A stretch of 63,337 bases of DNA, filler included, from Stramenopiles sp. TOSAG23-6 (lineage: Eukaryota), in assembly GCA_900128565.1 (NCBI GenBank). It is 13 parts of 13 records of this genome, joined end to end, with 100 filler letters (N's around TTAATTAATTAA, not from the genome) between each part and the next. Parts side by side here need not be neighbours in the genome. Positions count along the whole stretch, not along the records: positions 60,103 to 61,114 come from LT639959.1; positions 61,215 to 62,226 come from LT639960.1; positions 62,327 to 63,337 come from LT639961.1; 10 more parts are not named here. The stretch is one strand, 5' to 3'. The position numbers were made by a program, and so were the translations under genes. Positions 60,103 through 63,337 of this stretch are shown here, piece by piece (within the stretch, counting starts at the first letter, position 1; the number at the start of each line of letters is the position of its first letter). Below the pieces are notes generated by a model that worked only from the letters and a program-made list of their open reading frames with translations, made no database searches and had not been told where the DNA came from.

Positions 60103-61113
60103 CCATGCAGTACCTCCGTATACAATTAAATGTATAGCACGAGAAGCATTTTCAAATATTTCTATAGAACTTTTGTCTTTTTTGCCCTTTTCATTTTTTG
60201 ATTTTAGATAACACTGGAGTTTGTTAATTATATTAAATTGTTTAAATGGTATATTGCCTTCGAAATATTGTAAAAGCGGCAAATCACCATGCGCGGGTCC
60301 TTCACAATCTGTGTCAAATATATCTCCCCCTGTACACCAAAAGCGTATATCTGAAATAGAAATTTCATGGTTAAAACACTCCCCTAAGTTTGATTGTGAA
60401 TTTTCCAGCGATCCATAATTACTACATAATATTTTCGTAAGTCGTTCAAATGTAAAGGCAATACTATCTGCGACATTGTACGCCCTCGATAAAATCCCAA
60501 GTGCAGTGATGAGCCGCTCCCATGTTTTATGATAAGTATGATATTGTGCATCCCATCCAAAACCTAGAATACATCTAAGATCGATACATCTCTGTGTGTG
60601 CTTTTCAGCAATAGAGGACAAATCCAATTCATGAATATCTACAATATCTCTAGCCTGAACTATACTTGTTTTCTTATCACCAAATCTCAATTTCCAGAAA
60701 CCGCGACTATTTTCATTCTCTGATATTAATGTCGCTGCTATCCATTTGGATTGTGTTAATTTTTGAATTGCAGAATGCCTCAGTCGAATGGATTCTTCAT
60801 CGTCATCATCTTTGTGCCCATAACTTATATTTTGTATTGGAGCAGATGATGATTTCACAAAAACCCGACGCCATTCACAAAGCTTCCTACCAGGAGTAAC
60901 ATTTGTATTCCACCCGTCCCATTTTTCAATGAAAGGTGTGCGCTCAGATATCTCTGGTATTGTAATTACAGCACAGTGTGATTTCCCGGCTGTAACGCTG
61001 ATTATTTCTCGAGAATAAACATCAACATATTGAGGAATATCAGAATATGGTACGTCAGTATCATTGGGAGAGGAAGAAGTAACGCTAAAGTTGCCCCAAC
61101 GCCAGAGCGTATT
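60103..61113 (-). CDS. Internal fragment of an RCC1-repeat-containing protein
   Basis: Frame open across the contig; LWRWG...IISVTAGKSHCAVIT is an RCC1-type repeat. Confidence 0.55.
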
Positions 61114-61739
61114 ANNNNNNNNNNNNNNNNNNNNNNNNNNNNNNNNNNNNNNNNNNNNTTAATTAATTAANNNNNNNNNNNNNNNNNNNNNNNNNNNNNN
61201 NNNNNNNNNNNNNNTTTTTTTTTTTTTTAAAAATTTTTTTTTTTTTGGTAAATTTTTTTTTTTTTTGATTTTTTTTTTTTTTTCATGAATTTGGAATCTT
61301 TTGGAGTAGTCGTCGACCTGATCTTGATCGACCAACATTGTCGGTGATTTCACGTAGTCCTCCTCCATTCATATCATATACTTGACTAGGACCAAAAACA
61401 TCACAATCAGAAACTCGTCTTTTTCGTGCAGCTGCATATCGTAGTGATTTTTGTTTGGATTTCGTGTTTTTTTCAAAATGTAAACTTTGTAGAATTTGAT
61501 CTTTTTGAACACAATGAGAATGTTTGGATTCTAATGGATCTAATTCCTCTAAAACTGGTCATAATGTAAAACAATACTATACATGGACAAATAGTTAGTA
61601 TAAAGAATTTAAAAAAAAATTGAAAAAAAAAATTGAAAAAAAAAAATTGAAAAAAAAAAAAAAAAAAAAATTGAAAAAAAAAATTGAAAAAAAAAATCTT
61701 TTTTGTTTAGGTACAGAATTTCGTATAAAAAAAAAATAC

Positions 61740-62106
61740 GGGTAAACTTCTTTGTGTATCTGAAAAAATTGTATCCATATTTTTTGTATCATTTTCATCA
61801 AATGCTCGGCTTCTTCGCCGTCCAGAATTTGATATATGATTTCTTATGTCCATGTTAGGGTTAGGGTTAGGGTTATTTAAAATATCAATATCATTTAAAT
61901 CGTACAGAGAATCTGAATTTGAAAAAGGATTTTCAAAATCATCAATATCATTAGGGTTAGGGTTTTCAAAATCATCAATATCATTAGGGTTAGGGTTTCC
62001 AAAATCATCAATATCATTAGGGTTAGGGGTTTCAAAATCAATATTGTCGTTACAATCAAAACTAACTCGTCGAGAGTTAAAGTTAAAATTAAAACCAGAA
62101 TTATTT
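61740..62106 (-). CDS. Probable exon with 30-nt tandem repeats encoding NPNPNDIDDF(E/G)
   Basis: Open frame after acceptor CACTCTATAT; flanked by family intron motifs. Confidence 0.45.
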
Positions 62107-62444
62107 ATATAGAGTGAAAAAATATTTCAAAAAATTTGATTTTTTTTTGTTAGGTATGAAATTTCGTATGAATTTTTTTTTTTTTTGGTAAAAAAAATTT
62201 GTATGAAAAAAAAAAAAAAAAAAAAANNNNNNNNNNNNNNNNNNNNNNNNNNNNNNNNNNNNNNNNNNNNTTAATTAATTAANNNNNNNNNNNNNNNNNN
62301 NNNNNNNNNNNNNNNNNNNNNNNNNNCAGCAATCGTTTGTACAAAAGTTACTAACAAAGTAAAATAGAAATTAATGAAAAAACAAATAAATTAAAAATTT
62401 TACAATGGGTACAAAAATATTTATTTTTCTTCATTACTTTGGCA

Positions 62445-63337
62445 TTACTGTGTCGCTTTATCATGAATGTGGGGAACTGGGTGAATAGGAGTCGCTCTGT
62501 AGTAATTCCTCGCATTATCTTGAAAATGCCCAGGTGGATGTTGTGGAATATTTTGCGGGTTTGATCTCATCATTTGCATTTGTTGTTGATAATACGCTTG
62601 TGGTGTACAGTTTGTGGGGTAATTATTAGGGTTACGGTTCCAATTTCTATTCCACGAATTCAAATTCATGGGAGATTGATTTCTTTGAGGAACACAATTA
62701 TACTGATAATTATTTCCAGCAGGAATTTGTGAAGAGGATGGAATATTGTGAATGTGCTGCTGCTGTTGCATCTGTTGAAAATAATAAGCATTTTGAGGAG
62801 TCGGTGAATTGAAGGCAGTTACACCACTGTGATAAGCGTATTGTACTGGTGTTCTAGAACTTAAAACAGGAAAATCGGCGTCGTAGTTATTATGTGTCGT
62901 ATCTATATAATCTTTATCATCATGACCAGTGGTGTCTGGCATAGCAACAGGAATTCCATCTTTATATGTACCAGTGTCTCCGTCTTCATTGTTTTCACCA
63001 TTTTTTTCTTCAATACGAAGTTTAGCCATTTCATACAATGCATCGCGTTCCTTCATAATAGTTTCTTCTGTACTATCAGAAGGTAATTGATTATCTTCGG
63101 GTGACTCTTGTACAATAGAAACAACTTTTTCAGGACTACGTTCAGATGATTTAGGACTATGTTGAATTGTTTTTGTTGTTTTTGTTGGACTATCAGACAC
63201 TTCAGATGTAACTACTTTTTTCCGTGGCTGGAGAAACTTCATTTTACCATATCGAGCGTGTTTTTCAGCAAGTATCTTTGCCTTTAATGTGACAGATATT
63301 GGAACTACAATAAAAGTATATCGGGCAAGTCTCTCTC
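62445..63337 (-). CDS. C-terminal part of a protein with a Q/N/P-rich low-complexity tail, 5' partial
   Basis: Frame open to the window edge. Confidence 0.6.
   Translation of the reverse strand, partial: ERLARYTFIVVPISVTLKAKILAEKHARYGKMKFLQPRKKVVTSEVSDSPTKTTKTIQHSPKSSERSPEKVVSIVQESPEDNQLPSDSTEETIMKERDALYEMAKLRIEEKNGENNEDGDTGTYKDGIPVAMPDTTGHDDKDYIDTTHNNYDADFPVLSSRTPVQYAYHSGVTAFNSPTPQNAYYFQQMQQQQHIHNIPSSSQIPAGNNYQYNCVPQRNQSPMNLNSWNRNWNRNPNNYPTNCTPQAYYQQQMQMMRSNPQNIPQHPPGHFQDNARNYYRATPIHPVPHIHDKATQ

Noticed and set aside
158-63337. Alternative genetic code or programmed frameshifting to explain the split ORFs
   Set aside because: Exons translate cleanly in the standard code, and intron removal accounts for the resolved breaks.

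Overview
AT-rich, gene-dense eukaryotic (protist) DNA, most likely a flagellate given SHIPPO-repeat and RIIa-type genes and TTAGGG-type repeats. The window is about 15 small contigs joined by N...TTAATTAATTAA...N linkers. It contains one wholly duplicated contig (45919-52354 = 52455-58890) and one inverted duplication that looks like an amplification chimera. About 30 ordinary eukaryotic genes are recognisable. The striking feature is the intron system. Every intron I could resolve belongs to one family of about 90-180 nt, always in the host gene's sense orientation, with the layout (AT)|GTAYGTTTT ... T-rich ... TACGAAATTTTGTACCTAAC ... AAATATTTTTTCACAATACAT|. By hand I resolved 31 unique complete introns whose removal gives an open frame. 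Only 3 end in AG; 24 end in AT, 2 in TT, 1 in AA and 1 in GA. Donors are 27 GT, 3 AT and 1 GG. This suggests a genome dominated by non-canonical GT-AT introns, with the acceptor set by an upstream motif rather than by AG, and an AT[GTA...TAC]AT architecture reminiscent of transposon-derived introners. All junctions are inferred from reading frame and protein similarity, with no RNA evidence.
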